64,000 bases of DNA, taken from Takakia lepidozioides. Its lineage: Eukaryota > Plantae > Bryophyta. The notes beneath the pieces were generated by a model. The model did no database searches and was not told the origin of the DNA. It worked only from the letters and a program-made list of their open reading frames with translations. Made by a program: the position numbers and the translations under genes. This document shows positions 39,901 through 58,262 of the stretch, one piece after another (position 1 is the stretch's first letter; each line of letters starts with the position of its first letter). The stretch covers positions 19,654,001-19,718,000 of the forward strand of contig CM060732.1 of NCBI GenBank assembly GCA_030704615.1. Reading direction: 5' to 3'.

Positions 39901-41424
39901 GAGGTCATTGTTGTTGTTGTTGTTGTTGTTTGAAGGCGATAAATAGAAAATATGGGCGGTTCCAAACCCGAAATGTCACTGCCGGCCGTCCGAACAACCA
40001 TTCCGCACGGAACCGCAACTAAAAACAAGATGAATAATTGGTCATGAGTTGTTGTCACAGTGACCTGCTCCTCAGGAGCCATGGGGCCTTAGATCCGGAA
40101 AAAATGGACGGACAATCAAAAAACATATATGCGCACAGAAGATTCTGCAATGCGGAAAAAGAATGCCAATTGGGGTTCAACTGGGGGTTAGTTAGAGAAT
40201 CCAGAGGGGGGGGATGGTTTTGTTTTGACTGGGGCGAGCGGCGGGGTGTGGCCGGAGCAGTAGAGATGGCGGCTGAGGGGGGGAGAGAGAAGGGGGGGGG
40301 GGTGGTAATAATCGCCGACCTTGCCTGTGTCCTGGACCCCTGGGCCAAGCTGCGCCGGTGTGTGCTGCCTTGGAGGCCGGCCCGCAGCTGTAGCTGAGGC
40401 ATATGCCACGGTTTCTAACGGCAACCACCCAGCGGTGTTGTCTTTTACACCAGCTATTAGATCCAGTCCAAACCATGTTTGGTTTTATGGGTGTCTGTAA
40501 GCAGGTGATCATCGGAGGTCAAGAGGCCGCTTGCAGCTCCAGGATCAGAGGGTCCGCAAGACTAGTGATCATCCCTGGGGAGGAGTAGCAGTGTGTTGGG
40601 TCCAAACGAACGTACGCGAGGAGAGAAGGTGCTGGGTGAGAGAGAAGGAAAATTCGTCTCCGGTAGAGATCCGCTAGTCAAGAGCGAGCTTGAAAGTTTC
40701 TGTAAGAGGCAGGGCGGTTATTCAAGCTCCAGTCACAGTCGCTGGCCCATGCACAGTGGCACTTGGAGCTGGAAGGTGGAAGTTAGTGAGCTCAGGCAGA
40801 TTTCTTAGTGATTAAGTTTCAGCAATTTAACTGGGCATGACCCAATGTGGCTGCAGTGCAGGAAATTGAGCAAGCTACAGATTCTATTTTGAAGGGACCT
40901 CTGAAATTCGGTAGGGGGTGATCACGCTGCAGACAGCACATGCTTAGAAAAACCTTGAAGATTGCTATGGCCCTTGAGGAGAAGTTCCTTTGAGATCGTC
41001 CTGGGAGATAAAGTAGAGCTCTCACGGCAATCTGCAATATATAGGAATCTTACGTGAACATCGCTTTCCCCAAGCTTGCAGAAGGTGTTCGTGCAGGCCT
41101 GGTGCCAGTTGGCAATTTCCTAGCTTTTCAACTATACATGCATGTTGGGCCGGATCATTTACCACACGAGAGTGACAGGGCCGTTTGGTGTAGGGAAGAC
41201 TAGATTACCAAACAACCTCTGTCTGGACAGAGACCTAGGGCCTGTCTCCGATCTCTACATTAGGCGTGGGTGCTGGAGGAGATATCCATGGATACGTTCT
41301 GTGCAGATTGGATACACGAGGTGTCCGAACAGGCTTGAGGTGGGCACCCATTTACTGCAATCTGGCAGCAAGTCTAGGACAGAGACTGCCAGGGGCTTGG
41401 ACAAGATTATGTACTAGAGTAGAC

Positions 41425-44174
41425 ATGATGCAGGATTCCAGTTGTGGAAGCATGGTCCCTCCATTTGGTGAAAATGTCAGTGATCCCTGGTCTTCGTCTC
41501 AGGGACGGTCCAAGAGGTTCAACCAGCCCCCAACTCCTCCTTCCGGAAACATCACGGTAGATGACATGGGCGATGTGGTCATGTCAAGCTACACGGGGCT
41601 GTCAAACTCGGAGGGGGCTCCTCTACCACAGTCTCCTGACAGCTCCAGCCTTTCCGGTTGGATTGATAGCATGCTGGACTACGATGATCTCTTAGATTCA
41701 ACTCCTGATAAAAACGATCACCTTTTAGTGTCTGATCTGGCTCCTCTAGAGCCTCTGTCATTTGAGACAAACCTTAGTGATCATAACCCCCAGCATCAAC
41801 ACCAACATCAGAGTCTTCTCTCGGTTCCATCTCTCCTGTCTTCCTCTCTAAGTTCCTCCAACATGATAGCTCCTTCAAAATCCAAGTCCTTTGTAGCATC
41901 TAGACAGAAGCAAAAACACCATGTGCCACTTCCGTCTCCTTCAGCTTTGACATCTCAGCTCACTGAGCTTTACAGTGGGGAGCAGAAGCCAAGCTACGGC
42001 AAGCTATCTTCCTCCCCTTCCCAGACGCAGTTTGAAGGCAGTTCTTACTTGAAAGGACGAATACCGAGGTCAAATGTAGGCGTAAAGTTCCAATCGTCAC
42101 TTACAGAAGGAACTTCCAAAAAGATGGGTCCGGGCTATCAACAACTGGCTGGAGGCCTCCCCAAAGTATACAGTGCCCCTCAGCTGAGCCAGTACGATCC
42201 CATGCGCTCGCCAATGCCAACCCAGCATGCTCTTCCACCTCTCTCCGGTCTTTCAGGGCACGGGCCGTCGCCTTCAACCAGAACTCCACAGCCAGTCTAT
42301 ATCCCAAACAGCGGGGCTGATTTCAACCACCACACTGCCAATTTCTCTCCAGCTAGTTACCACGCGCACTCCCTGCCCAACAGCATGCCTCGCTCTCTTT
42401 CCCCAGTTGTGGGACAATCGCCCCCTCCACATGTAATCGGCCATCAGCACGGGACGGGGGAAATGCATCAACAGCAACACCACCGGGCTTCTCCAATGCA
42501 GACTAGCTCTGGGTCATCAGGATTATCCGGCTCGCCACAGCAACCTGGAGATAGTTATTTACCCACTCTGCAGCAGTATCAGGCGCCATTGCCTGATGAC
42601 ATGTTTTTCTCGAACACCACTGTAAGTTTTCCAAGTGTGGAACCAGGCAGATTTCAATTGGAATCTCGAAAGCAGTTAACCAACTTCGAGTTGTGCTGGA
42701 CTGACCAGTAAAGTTCGTTAGATGATCAAGAGATTTGACCTACCTAGGAGGTCCGTTTTGTGACATTTTTATCAGCGAAACGTGAAGTTACCATGATCTA
42801 TAATTTTTCAGATGCTGTACTGTCTACATACATGTACGCAATCTCTGTTTGAGCCATATGGCCTGCCATAACTTGAATGTGTGTGCGTTGAAGGTTCAGC
42901 TTATTTTTGCTCCTACTTGCCCTGGCTTTGGAGGATTTGTTGCTATCGTCGTTTGCTCATCAATAGTTTCTGATGTGCAATTTGAAATTATCTTCAGTAC
43001 GCTATCACTGGTTGGAAGCTTACCATTCGAGATCTTCAATGCATTGTCACAGGAGGAGTCACAAGACAGTGGATTGCGCCTTGTCCATCTGCTCCTTGCA
43101 TGTGCAGAAGCGGTGGCAAAGGAGAACTACATGCACGCCAAGGGCATTCTGCTGCAGCTGCAGCACGTGGTATCCCCTGGGGGTGACTCCATGCACCGTG
43201 TGGCTGCTTATTTCACAGAAGCTCTGCATGCTCGACTTAGTGGAACAGGGTCACGCTCCTACATGGCACTCCGGTCCTACGACCCAGCTTCCTCAGAGGA
43301 GGTATTGGCAGCATATCAGATACTCTATCAGGCCTGTCCATACATCAAGTTTGCCCATTTCACGTCAAATCAGGCCATTTTCGAGGCATTTGAGCATGAA
43401 GACAGGGTGCACATAATCGACCTGGACATTGTACAAGGCTATCAGTGGCCGGCACTTATGCAAGCCCTGGCTTCACGATCTGAAGGTGCGCCCCATCTAA
43501 GGATCACCGGGGTGGGGATGCCGTTGGAAGCAGTCCAGGAGACTGGAAAGCGACTAACAGAGCTAGCAGGCTCACTCCACATCCCATTCGAATTCCATGC
43601 TGCAGGTGAGAGATTAGAAAGTCTGCAAGGCTATATGATGAACCGCCGAATTGGTGAAGCACTGGCTGTAAATTCCGTCAACCGCCTTCACAGGCTGCTG
43701 TCCGAGCCTATCAGTCCACTCCTCAACATTTTGCACATGGTACGCGAGTTGGCTCCAAAAATCTTTACACTGGTGGAGCAGGAGGCGAGTCACAATGGCC
43801 CCTTCTTTCTGGGTAGGTTTTTGGAGGCCCTGCACTACTACTCCGCGATATTTGACTCATTGGACGCTACGCTTCCCCAGGCAAGCCCTGAAAGAGCCAA
43901 GGTGGAGCACGTAGTGTTTGCACAAGAGATCAATAATATAGTTGCTTGCGAAGGAGCTGAACGCCTGGAGCGACACGAGAAGCTGGATCGCTGGCGCAAG
44001 ATTATGCAAAGTGCTGGTTTCCAGAGTGTGGCGTTGAGTGACCATGCCGCCAATCAGTCTAAGGCTTTGCTGGGGCTATACACTGTCGAAGGATACAAGC
44101 TGGAGGAAGACAAAGGTTGCTTGCTTCTCGGGTGGCAAGATAGGCCCATAATTGGAGCGTCAGCTTGGAGGTGA
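41425..44174 (+). CDS. RAM1: GRAS transcription factor, RAM1 clade; 2 exons (41425-42621, 43053-44174), ~772 aa
   Basis: [98 protein letters not shown] and [16 protein letters not shown] closely follow legume RAM1. Phase-0 intron directly before the GRAS domain. Start codon and strict orthology are not proven. Confidence 0.88.
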
Positions 44175-47100
44175 TCAATATGATACAAAAAATACCGAGC
44201 TTAATAAACACGCAACTGGCCAAACCAGCTATCATGTGGTATGAGGCTAGTATTCATGGACTTTCTAGATCTAGTCGAGATTTCAACGGTGATTACCCTT
44301 GCCCACGAACTTGTGCTCAAGGGAACAGTGGGAAGTGTTCGTGACCCAGGGAGTTGTAGAAACGCCACGGATCAGTAACTTTTCCAGACTAGTTGAGATA
44401 GCCTAAACAGGACTTCTCAAGCCAGGGTAATACTGCACTGCGGCCGTGACTTCTTCTCTTCTTCTCTGGTCAGGAAGAAAACACTGGATCAGTTGATATG
44501 TTCAAGGCTCGGGCTGCAGATGGTGGCACATTGAATCATGAACTCTCGAAAACTTTAGTGTAAAGGCTGCTTGCGAACTTCCAGGAGACACAGGTTAGGC
44601 TTGAAGTCAGATCTCCAGATCATTCTAATCCAGACTGGTGACCTGGACAATTCTCTGCTGGAGGGTTCTCGTAGTTACCAGCCCGTAGTAATATTAGGCT
44701 TCTTTTAAGAAAGAGATCTTGAAATCAATTGGTATTTTCTTGCCTCAAGATGGTCGACGTCAACACAGGAATTTTGAATGTACTTGAGAGAAGTTCGTGT
44801 CGTCTTATCTCAGTACTGTGTAAAAGTCTTTAGATGAACAGCACGAAGCTTGAACGCACGATCCGTCTACATCAAGTCTTCACCAATGGGCACGTTCAGC
44901 TGGCTGTATCTTACAATTACAAGAGTCGAAAATGCAGCTGCAACGCGTCTTCAAGTTGAGTCCGTAAAATGAGCCGTGTCTAGATGCCGGCCGCTATTTC
45001 AGACCTGAAAAACGCATATCAATTTTGCTAGTTGACGGGCCAATATCATGGATTATCATGCATCCTAGGTATGTAAAACTGAAATAATGGCCAGACAGAT
45101 ATACTCTTGATCAATGAATGGATCAGCTAGAAAGAAGCAGCCTGTGGCGCAGGCGCAGGAGATCAGAAAACTTCTGCAAATTTACATGAGAATTTGAACA
45201 CATAATTTGTTCAAGCTTGACTGAAATAAACGAACTTGGCACAAAACACGTAGCTAGGAAAATGGGTTGGTCCTTGGCAGTGTTGCCAGAGCTGGGTTTT
45301 CGGGCATGAGAAGGCAACCTTCAAATGGGCAAATGAGGAACACATAATTAGCTTGAGATTTTGACATACAGGCACGCCACAATAGGTTCATTGATTCATA
45401 TGAGAGCGAGCGAGCGAGAGCATCGCCGCCTTCAGGACTTCGTGACCAGTGTGGTTGGCGGGCAAGTGTTATGTACAAACTGTGCAAAGTCACATGACGT
45501 GTTGCTCATGGATGTGATATGCGTAACTCGGATCAGCGTATCTTGAAGTGGCGGATCTTCAAGTTGAATGATGTCAACGTCTAGAGAGAGGGAAATTATG
45601 TACATATATTTTTCTAGCGACCGAAATACTCTGTGGTGGCTCAGACTAGACAGACATAATTTGTAAGGCATTCCAGCGTCGAGAAATCCGCGGCTGCAGG
45701 TCTGCTGTACCCATCTGATCCAAAAGTTTGTATTCTCCAGGTCAGGTCTCTCATACATCTAACGATCGGGATAATCTATGCAGTACATTCTACATACCCC
45801 ACTACGTCCATAGGGCCCACCTGCAGAGTATTGACTTTTTATATATACGTTCAAAGGGCGAAGTGGCTCTTGGTTACGCCGGCTTTGGCCGGAGTCTTCT
45901 AGATAGTCTTCATCAGCAGTACATAAAGTCACAACTGTTCTGCCATGATATGAGCACCGGTCGAATCGCATGATGTCCGCTACGGCCCGATCAGGAGGCC
46001 GCAGTCGTCTTATATAGATCATGCATCTGTGGATCTGTAAAGATGCGGGTGCATAATTCAACTAGCTAGATTGTAGCCCTCAGAAGGTTACTTCTCAGTT
46101 GATCTCTGGTCTTCGACATTGAGCACTAAGTTGTCAATCATGAAGCTTTGGGAAATCGCTCAAGCCTGTTCTGTGTGAGCTTGCAGATGTGTGTGCCTTC
46201 ATGCTCCAGTAGCCATTCCAGCCCTTAGTACTTACCTAAACTCTACTTTTCCGCAGCTTTTCCGTCGTTACATCCAGTTCATAGAATACTTTAATATGTC
46301 ACTTCATTCGACCTCAAACAATCTTTATCTTTATTCTGAAGTCTATATCTATGTTATGCGAGGGCTGCCAAAAATACCTGAGTTGGGTCACTATTTTACT
46401 CCCCCAGAATCCGGTGCCGGCCTAAGTTGGCAAAGAGCAAAGAGGTCTGGGGCCATGAGATCATGTGCCTATTGAAGTATTGCATCCACATAACAATCAT
46501 CAGATTTGTATGTGACTCGGATTCAATATAGCCATGTCCTTCCCAGAAGGAATCCTTAGTCGAAGGCAATAAGTCCAGCATGCTAGTCTTCATGAACTCA
46601 GAACACCTGCCATGTGGCATGTTATGGAGGAATATTAACTATAATAGGCACTATAAGTTGGGTGAGGAAAGGTGTAACCCAATTCATGGGCAGTTAGTCC
46701 AACGCAGGCTCCAGCTCTGCAATCCCAACGGGAAGGAATCCCTCAAATTCACCGTGCCTGCTTTGACTTTGCACAAACGTTGAGTCTCGTCCTCCTCGTT
46801 ATAGTAGCCTGCTGCCGCTGAAGACGCTACACACAGCGCAGCCGCCGTGGCGCAGGTCCAGGTGACATCGCCCCAACTGCAACTCACTTAGTTAGAGCTC
46901 TGGTAATTGCTGTTACTTAAACTGGCAGGAAACTCTGCCGGCCTGCCCAAGATTATCCTGCCAATACCTTTCCATACACATATACATGTGTATGGAATAT
47001 TATATACATTTAATATTCATGGGCAGCAATTTGAGCCACAAACAAACAAACCGACCGGAGTATATAATGCATATACGTTGCCTGGACTTATATTGGTTAG

Positions 47101-47545
47101 TTCGGTCTGGTTGATAACTTGAAGCAGTATGTAATCGCCTTTCAACTCCAACAAGCCAGAGGACTGGTTCCTCGATTGAAGGCTGTGATGGCACTGCGTC
47201 AACAGTCAGGACTATGATATTCAGACTTTGATACAATCCGTCGGCTTAATCGGGTTTAACGGGGCCACTCCGAGAATCTGTGGCACCTACTTTTGTCTGA
47301 ATCATCTTCCAACTGCATCGAGGACCCCACCTGGTACAGTTAATTTCCTGAAGATCATGTTATGGTCGGTATTGTTGGTGTCTGGAGTAAACTCCTCATA
47401 AATTATAGCTTTTTCAACACCTGTACGTATCAACAAACCATAGTAGTTGCGTGTCCATATGAAGGTCAAAATTCGGTGAACACCGAGTAATATGGCAATC
47501 CCTCTTACATTCCAGGGTACTTTTATTACCTGCAACTTGACTGTA

Positions 47546-48091
47546 AAGTACGATGCCGTTTGAAGGGAGCACGCGTAACTTATGGTGTCTCTTCAAGGCA
47601 GGTTCACACGGCAAAAATCAGTCCGTCCCATCCGGACTGGCGGCTGCAGCGGGTGTGGCGGGCCGGGGTCCACCCTCGAGGAACGCGACGGCGAGGAAGG
47701 GACGAACGGCCTGGCCACTGTAGGTACTTCCCGCTGTCCGTCCCATCCGCTATCATGGCTAAAATATGTGTGTAGGGTTTAGCCGGAGGGCTCTTTATGA
47801 GAGCTTCTCTTGCTAAACTTATATGTTGCGTCGCGTGTGTACTATCGCGTGTGAACATGTTGCACAGTCAGTCCCGTGCGTCCCCCTCCACACGTGCGGA
47901 GGGCCCACCACTATGGCTAGATGGGACGGACGGATTTTTGCCGTTTGAACCTGCCTTCAGTCTTCACCACAAGGGCTACTGCCTTCCAGCTGAAAGCTGG
48001 ACACCTTCATGACACACCAAACCCTGGTTTGAACCCACAACCACATCCAACGTGGTATGTGCCCATTACCACTAGGCTACATGCTGGTTGT
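47546..48091 (-). mobile_element. tRNA-derived SINE copy interrupted by a MITE
   Basis: Same sequence as 60863-61043; ~13-bp TSD caacttgactgta/caactcgactgca (47533-45, 48092-104). Confidence 0.75.
47596..47956. mobile_element. PIF/Harbinger-like MITE (361 bp)
   Basis: ~36-bp TIRs aggcaggttcacacggcaaaaatc.gtccgtcccatc / gatgggacggacggatttttgccgtttgaacctgcct; 3-bp TSD TCA. Confidence 0.85.
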
Positions 48092-48427
48092 CAACTCGAC
48101 TGCATATTATGGTCGATGACTGGTACACCCAAAAGTGCTGCCCCTTCAACTGCATCAACAAACCATGATTCAATGAGGGCCAGTCTGATGCGCTTTGGTG
48201 GGTCCCCATGAACTACTGCAGGTAGTGAAATTTATATCGATCACTCCCTACCTAGCCCTGCATCCGTGGACACACTACATATCCAGTTGATCTTCCTTGC
48301 AGACATTTCTGTTATGTAGCATCATGAGCGGCGAATGGTGGGTCCCAAGCATGCTCCAGTGTCTAAGCTTGTAGCACCTCCCATATTTAGCCCAACATTA
48401 GAAATTCTAGAACTAGAACTAGAACTA

Positions 48428-48790
48428 GGGTAAAACACCCTATGACCGTTCACCTCATAATTGCTTGTGGTCAGGCCTGCATGAGCGACCATGGCTGGGC
48501 CCAAGACTGCTCATTTTTGCCACTTGGCAAACAGTTGTTTGATAGAACCCCCAAGAAATATGAGTGGTCATAGGGCTCAAACTTCACACAAGCATTCGGA
48601 GAGCATTCGGATTGGTTCAACTTTGAAACCCCATAACTTTGTGTGGATTTCATGAAATCATGCACTTCCAAATGTGTTGGGATGCCCCAGATGTGGGGCA
48701 TCTTATCAATTTATCCGGGGTAAAAACGACAAAAATTCACCGTTAGATCTTTCGCCATCTTTAGATGAACGGTCATAGGGTGTTCTACCC
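48428..48790. mobile_element. MITE (363 bp), Mutator- or hAT-like
   Basis: TIRs gggtaaaacaccctatgaccgttca / tgaacggtcatagggtgttctaccc; 8-bp flanks tagaacta/tagtacta. Confidence 0.75.
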
Positions 48791-49524
48791 TAGTACTAGT
48801 ACTAGTGATCCGAGAACAGGCAATGTTGCTCACATGATTAGAGATGGATACTTGCATTGGGGTAAAGTTTGTGCAGAGGTCAAGAATTGAAAGACATGCA
48901 TGACCAAGTATTGCAGATCAGCTCTTTAGTGAACTATCCACATGTATGTGAAATAGCTTCCCACCCACCACCTTCCAGCCCACCTCTCCCCTCTCGAAGA
49001 CCACCTAGTCAACCTCCATGTCCACAAATGTACCAATATAATTTGGCAAAGCAATCTCACCTACAGTATGTAGACAGAGAGGGAGAGAGAGAAGACTCCG
49101 GCGGAAACCTGGTAAACTAAGAGCCACTTCGCCTAGGGGAGCCACTTCGCCTAGGGGCTACTGCCCCCTTTTGGGGGGTGCGCCCTATATCTACAGTATG
49201 TAATAAGATCTGTATGACTTTGAACCCACGGACCTAGCTGGGCATGAAATAGCATCTTTGCGAACATCCTGGGATCTTCAAAGAAGATTATATTCTCATC
49301 CAAGAAAGCATATTTTCCTACGATTCCATAGAAGGAAGATTATGTGAGTGTATCTGATGAGTCATAAGGCGTAATTTTTTTTAGTTGATACTAGGGTAGC
49401 CTGTGCCGTTGGCCCAAGTGTCCACTGTCATCCAACAAAACAAAACAAAACAAACAAGCCGCAAACCCTGAGAGGCTCGGTCTATTGAAGCAACAATTTT
49501 GACAAGCGGCCATGTGGTTTATAC

Positions 49525-50075
49525 CAGTGTTGGACTGGTATATGGGGGTGAGGCAGGGTATCGGCATGGGTAAAGGATATCACAACAGGGTACCAGACCA
49601 GGCAACAGACAGTACATATTGGGGGCAGTATAGCGAAAACCTAATACATGGGCTCCTACCAGACCAGCCTGGTATTACAAAGAACGTAGCTTTGCCGATA
49701 CCAGTACTCCGTCTTCGGATGTAGCTTGCCCTAGTTATCAATATGTGGAGCGTTAGGGATTAGGGTGCAGCAATGGAGAGTTGCGGCACTAATGTAAATG
49801 CTTTGCACATGCCCTGAGCTTGGCATTTTTGCTTAAAACCTAGCGACCTCTTCGACATTGGGTTGATGATCTGATTGCATTGTGCTTCAGTAAGGCTTGG
49901 GGTTCTCATGTGGTCAATTAATTGTTAAAGGTGCTATGATTTTCAAGCCTACTGGTACATTAAAATTTTGATATCTACTTTGATACCATTACCTGCCAGA
50001 TATGAAGGAGACCTCTTCACCGATGATACGAGACCCTGGCTGGTATGAAATATTTATTATACCGGTCCAACATTG
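49525..50075. mobile_element. hAT-like MITE (551 bp)
   Basis: TIRs cagtgttggactggtata / tataccggtccaacattg; perfect 8-bp TSD GTTTATAC. Confidence 0.88.
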
Positions 50076-50868
50076 GTTTATACTTCAAAGCTGTCTTAGA
50101 CCAATCATACTCTTGACACGGTGTAAGGTCCGTTGACCACAGTTTCTCCATTGACTTCAACACTATGCAAAATCGCTGTCCTGTGGGACCGAACCAACAA
50201 ACAAACTACCTTGCTTCATATATTGAAAAAACTAGTTTATTTTATTCATTAATTTATTGAGTAGTAATATATCCAATCATTGTTCCAGGAAAGCCCACTT
50301 TGTTAATTTTCACGAATTTCTAGCGACCAACAGTACTTGAAATTCATATCCCCACACCGCAGGTCCAAAAATTATGAGACCAAGTCGGTGCACCCCTCCT
50401 CATCAAGGGCTTTCCAACGGTACCAAGCACCAAGGCTGCCCCCCCCACCGTTTGAGAGATCTCAATGCTACAAAACAAAACAAGCAAAACAAACAAACTA
50501 CCTTGCATCATATTTGGTGATATTTTTTTATTTTTTTATTTTTTCCTAGAGTTTAGATGGAAAAACTAAGTTATTCAAAGTCCAATAGTCTCGAAGATTT
50601 TTTCTGAAAGTTTTCTTTCGAGCAGTTACACTGGTGTTTTTTTTTCATTTTTTTGGAAAATGGACAAAGTTCCTTTTCTTAGTGAACTAACCAATTTTTT
50701 ACTTTCTAAAACTTTTGCTTAAAGGGAAACACCCATAGGCGCCTTAATTAGAGAGAGGAGAAAATAAACTCTTTGAAAGCAACCTCGCAGAAGCCCAAGG
50801 GAAGTGAGAGAAGATTATACCAACAAAGTAGCAGGATTTCAGCCCAGAATCACCTGGGTTGCACTAGA

Positions 50869-50900
<32 letters not shown>

Positions 50901-51007
50901 CCTCCCCAAGGAAGCGCAAATTATGGTGCCTCTTGACCCCAAAGGGCTACTGCCTTCCGGCTGGAAGGTGGTATGTGTCCATTTACCACTCCGCTACAAC
51001 TTGGTTG
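50869..51007 (-). mobile_element. Internally deleted SINE copy ending in a (TA)n microsatellite
   Basis: aaagggctactgccttcc.gctggaaggtggtatgtg matches the SINE body; (TA)~14 sits at the tail position. Confidence 0.6.
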
Positions 51008-52395
51008 TCTTGGCACTATAGAAACATAACATGTCCAGAAGACTTTTGCAAGGTGCTTTGCATTCATAACCCTAGATTCAGAAACACACTAACATACTGT
51101 GACCAACTAGACCTTGAAGTAGCATTATTCGTTTGCTCAAAATCAACAGGTGCAAGGATTCCATGCATTTTTTTAAATTGTTTTTTGGAAAGATTGTTGT
51201 CTATAGCCTCGCAACTAAGTTTTTCCCTGACAAAGTTTACAAAAAAATTAATTTTATTGCGTCCATTAATTTTTTGTGTGAAGCACAAATGGAGGAGTTG
51301 TCTAAGGATAGTAGTGGCTTGACTAGATTTTACCAATTTAATTCTAAACTTGAGACATTACTCAACTCAGCTCTTCTTACATAGATATGAAAGGTAAGGA
51401 GATAGAAGTCAAACCTAGTGTCGTCTAGATACTTCTCCACTCTGGTCTTGGCACTGCAAGGCCCTGTGCACAAGTGTATCCCAATTGCTTTGTCCTGCTC
51501 GGTGATGAAATGATACCCTCTAATTTGTGCTCAAGCTCTCACTATGCTTGCTTCTACTACTAGAGAGCCACAAGCTCAACTCTCTAGGATCTAGCTCCCT
51601 CAAGCTCAAAACCAATACATTTTGATGGAAATGTGCAGGGAAGCAAGTATGCGTCGTAGTTGACTAGAAGTCTTAAATTGGTGGGCGTGACACACACTTA
51701 GGCCCCGCCACTTATGGTGGGAAGAGATAAATTTGTATGTTTTAACACTTTATTATTATTTGGTTCACCTTTGGCCCATATGAATGATTGGAAGTAATTA
51801 TGTATTTATTTATATTTTGTTATTATGTTTTAAGATTTAATAGGTATTTGATGAAATGGATTTAATTGGGAGCATGTGCCCAGCTGAAGAATTAAGGTAC
51901 TTATGGTCACACCATGCAACCAAATCCATACTAACAATCCATAGTAATAAAGTCATGAATATCTCCATTCATCCATCCACAGCACACAAGTTGGGACCCA
52001 CTCAAGGTCCCACTCAAGGTCCTGCCATGTGATGCATAGTAACAACTCACATTCACCAATGGACACATACAGAACATGTGCCCAATTGGGACCCACTCAA
52101 GATATGCGGTTCTAAGGTGCTTCCATGAATGCATAGTCACTGCTGAAGACAGGGCTAACAAATATACATCTGTTGTCTGGTGCATGCTTCTTGTTTTACT
52201 CTGGCGGTTCACTTTCAAGACTGAGAGCAGAGGTGAAACAGATTTCCACATTGCCGGTACAGGGAGAGGTCACATCCAGAAAAGGCTTAGTGCAAGGGGT
52301 AATTTGCAAACAGAAGTGAGCACTCCTTGAGTCCTCACTACATTTCTGTGACATGGCAGTCAACCAATATGGTATGTTTGGTGGTGCAATGTTAT

Positions 52396-52639
52396 CCTCT
52401 CGCAAGATGGAAACCACACCAACACCCTTGACTTTCACTTACTCCTAGCCAGGTTGTGAGTGACGCAAAGAATATGAAAACCTACACCTCCCACTTTACA
52501 ATACATACAACCAACACCCAACCTCTCGCAAGATGGAAACCACACCAACACCCTTGACTTTCACTTACTCCTAGCCAGGTTGTGAGTGACGCAAAGAATA
52601 TGAAAACCTACACCTCCCACTTTACAATACATACAACCA
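52396..52639. repeat. Recent tandem duplication, period 126 bp
   Basis: cctctcgcaagatggaaacc...catacaacca at 52396 and 52522, essentially identical. Confidence 0.9.
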
Positions 52640-53263
52640 CTTGGATTAGTGCATCTTGAACTATGTAATACTAGTATGGAAGGTCACAATACTCCCTTGT
52701 CACAAGGTCCATCTCATTAACCAGAACTTTCAAACCAGAGAATTTAATAAACAAGAGAATCACTTTCTGCTCTGCCACCTTACACAGCAGCCCATCATGA
52801 CACCCCACAACTAACTGATAGACATGTCAGGAGCACCTGGCTGCAGAAAGCCCCATTTTGGGTGAATGTTTGCCTCAAAACTTTTGCAAGTGAATCCCAG
52901 TTTATAAGAATGGACACACTCAAATGCCCCTCCTGGTGAAGGACGGTTCACCAAATCTCATTGTAAGCAGCATGTGATCACAAAATGTTGAAGGGCTACA
53001 AACGGACCAAAAATGTACTAATGTGACGGGGCAAGATGCAAAACCCAACCATTCGGGTAACAAAATACCCCGAAATTAATCTCCCCTCAGAATGGAGAAG
53101 GGAGAATCCCGACAAAGGAAATACATTTTGGAAGGGGTGAAGTGCTTGATAGTTCAAAGCAGAACCTCCCCTCCTAATTGTGCACAAGGGCAGTCATGAT
53201 GGATGCTGCGGATGCCATCATAGCCACTCTCTCAACACATGGCAATGTCCATATACCACTGGT

Positions 53264-57919
<4,656 letters not shown>

Positions 57920-58262
57920 CGTCACACCCACCCGCCTGGGCTTTACTGTGTCTTATCCCTCCCTGCCCCTGCGATCCCTCCGCCCTGCCTTCGTCCCTCG
58001 CCCGCTGGCTGCGGATGGACAACACTGTTGCTACGGAACACAACAGTGCGCACTCGAAAGCACCAAACTTTGCAAAGGAAAAAGGCAGAGAGCTCTGCGA
58101 GACCTTGAGCCCTGGCCTTTTGACACGCGGCTCTCTCCCACTGGCCTCTTCTCTGACCCTTTTTGGTAGTCCCCTGAGAAATCCCAGCCATGCGATTTTT
58201 GGCCATCAAATCCCCCGCTGCACTGCCCCTTCAACCCATCCAGTCGGAGGCTTGTATCTTGT

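Noticed and set aside
42849-43052. N-terminal extension of the 441-aa GRAS ORF
   Set aside because: It lies in the intron (donor 42622, acceptor 43052).
43381-43400. miR477-type target site in the GRAS EAFE codons, or a miR171 site
   Set aside because: About 7 mismatches to the miR477 complement as I recall it; no miR171-like site seen.
5977-44174. Symbiosis gene cluster (nodulin-like + RAM1)
   Set aside because: The nodulin-like/NFD4 family is ubiquitous and not symbiosis-specific, and the genes are separated by about 31 kb of mostly TE sequence.
51080-51692. Solo LTR ending GGGCGTGACA
   Set aside because: No convincing TG start or 5-bp TSD.
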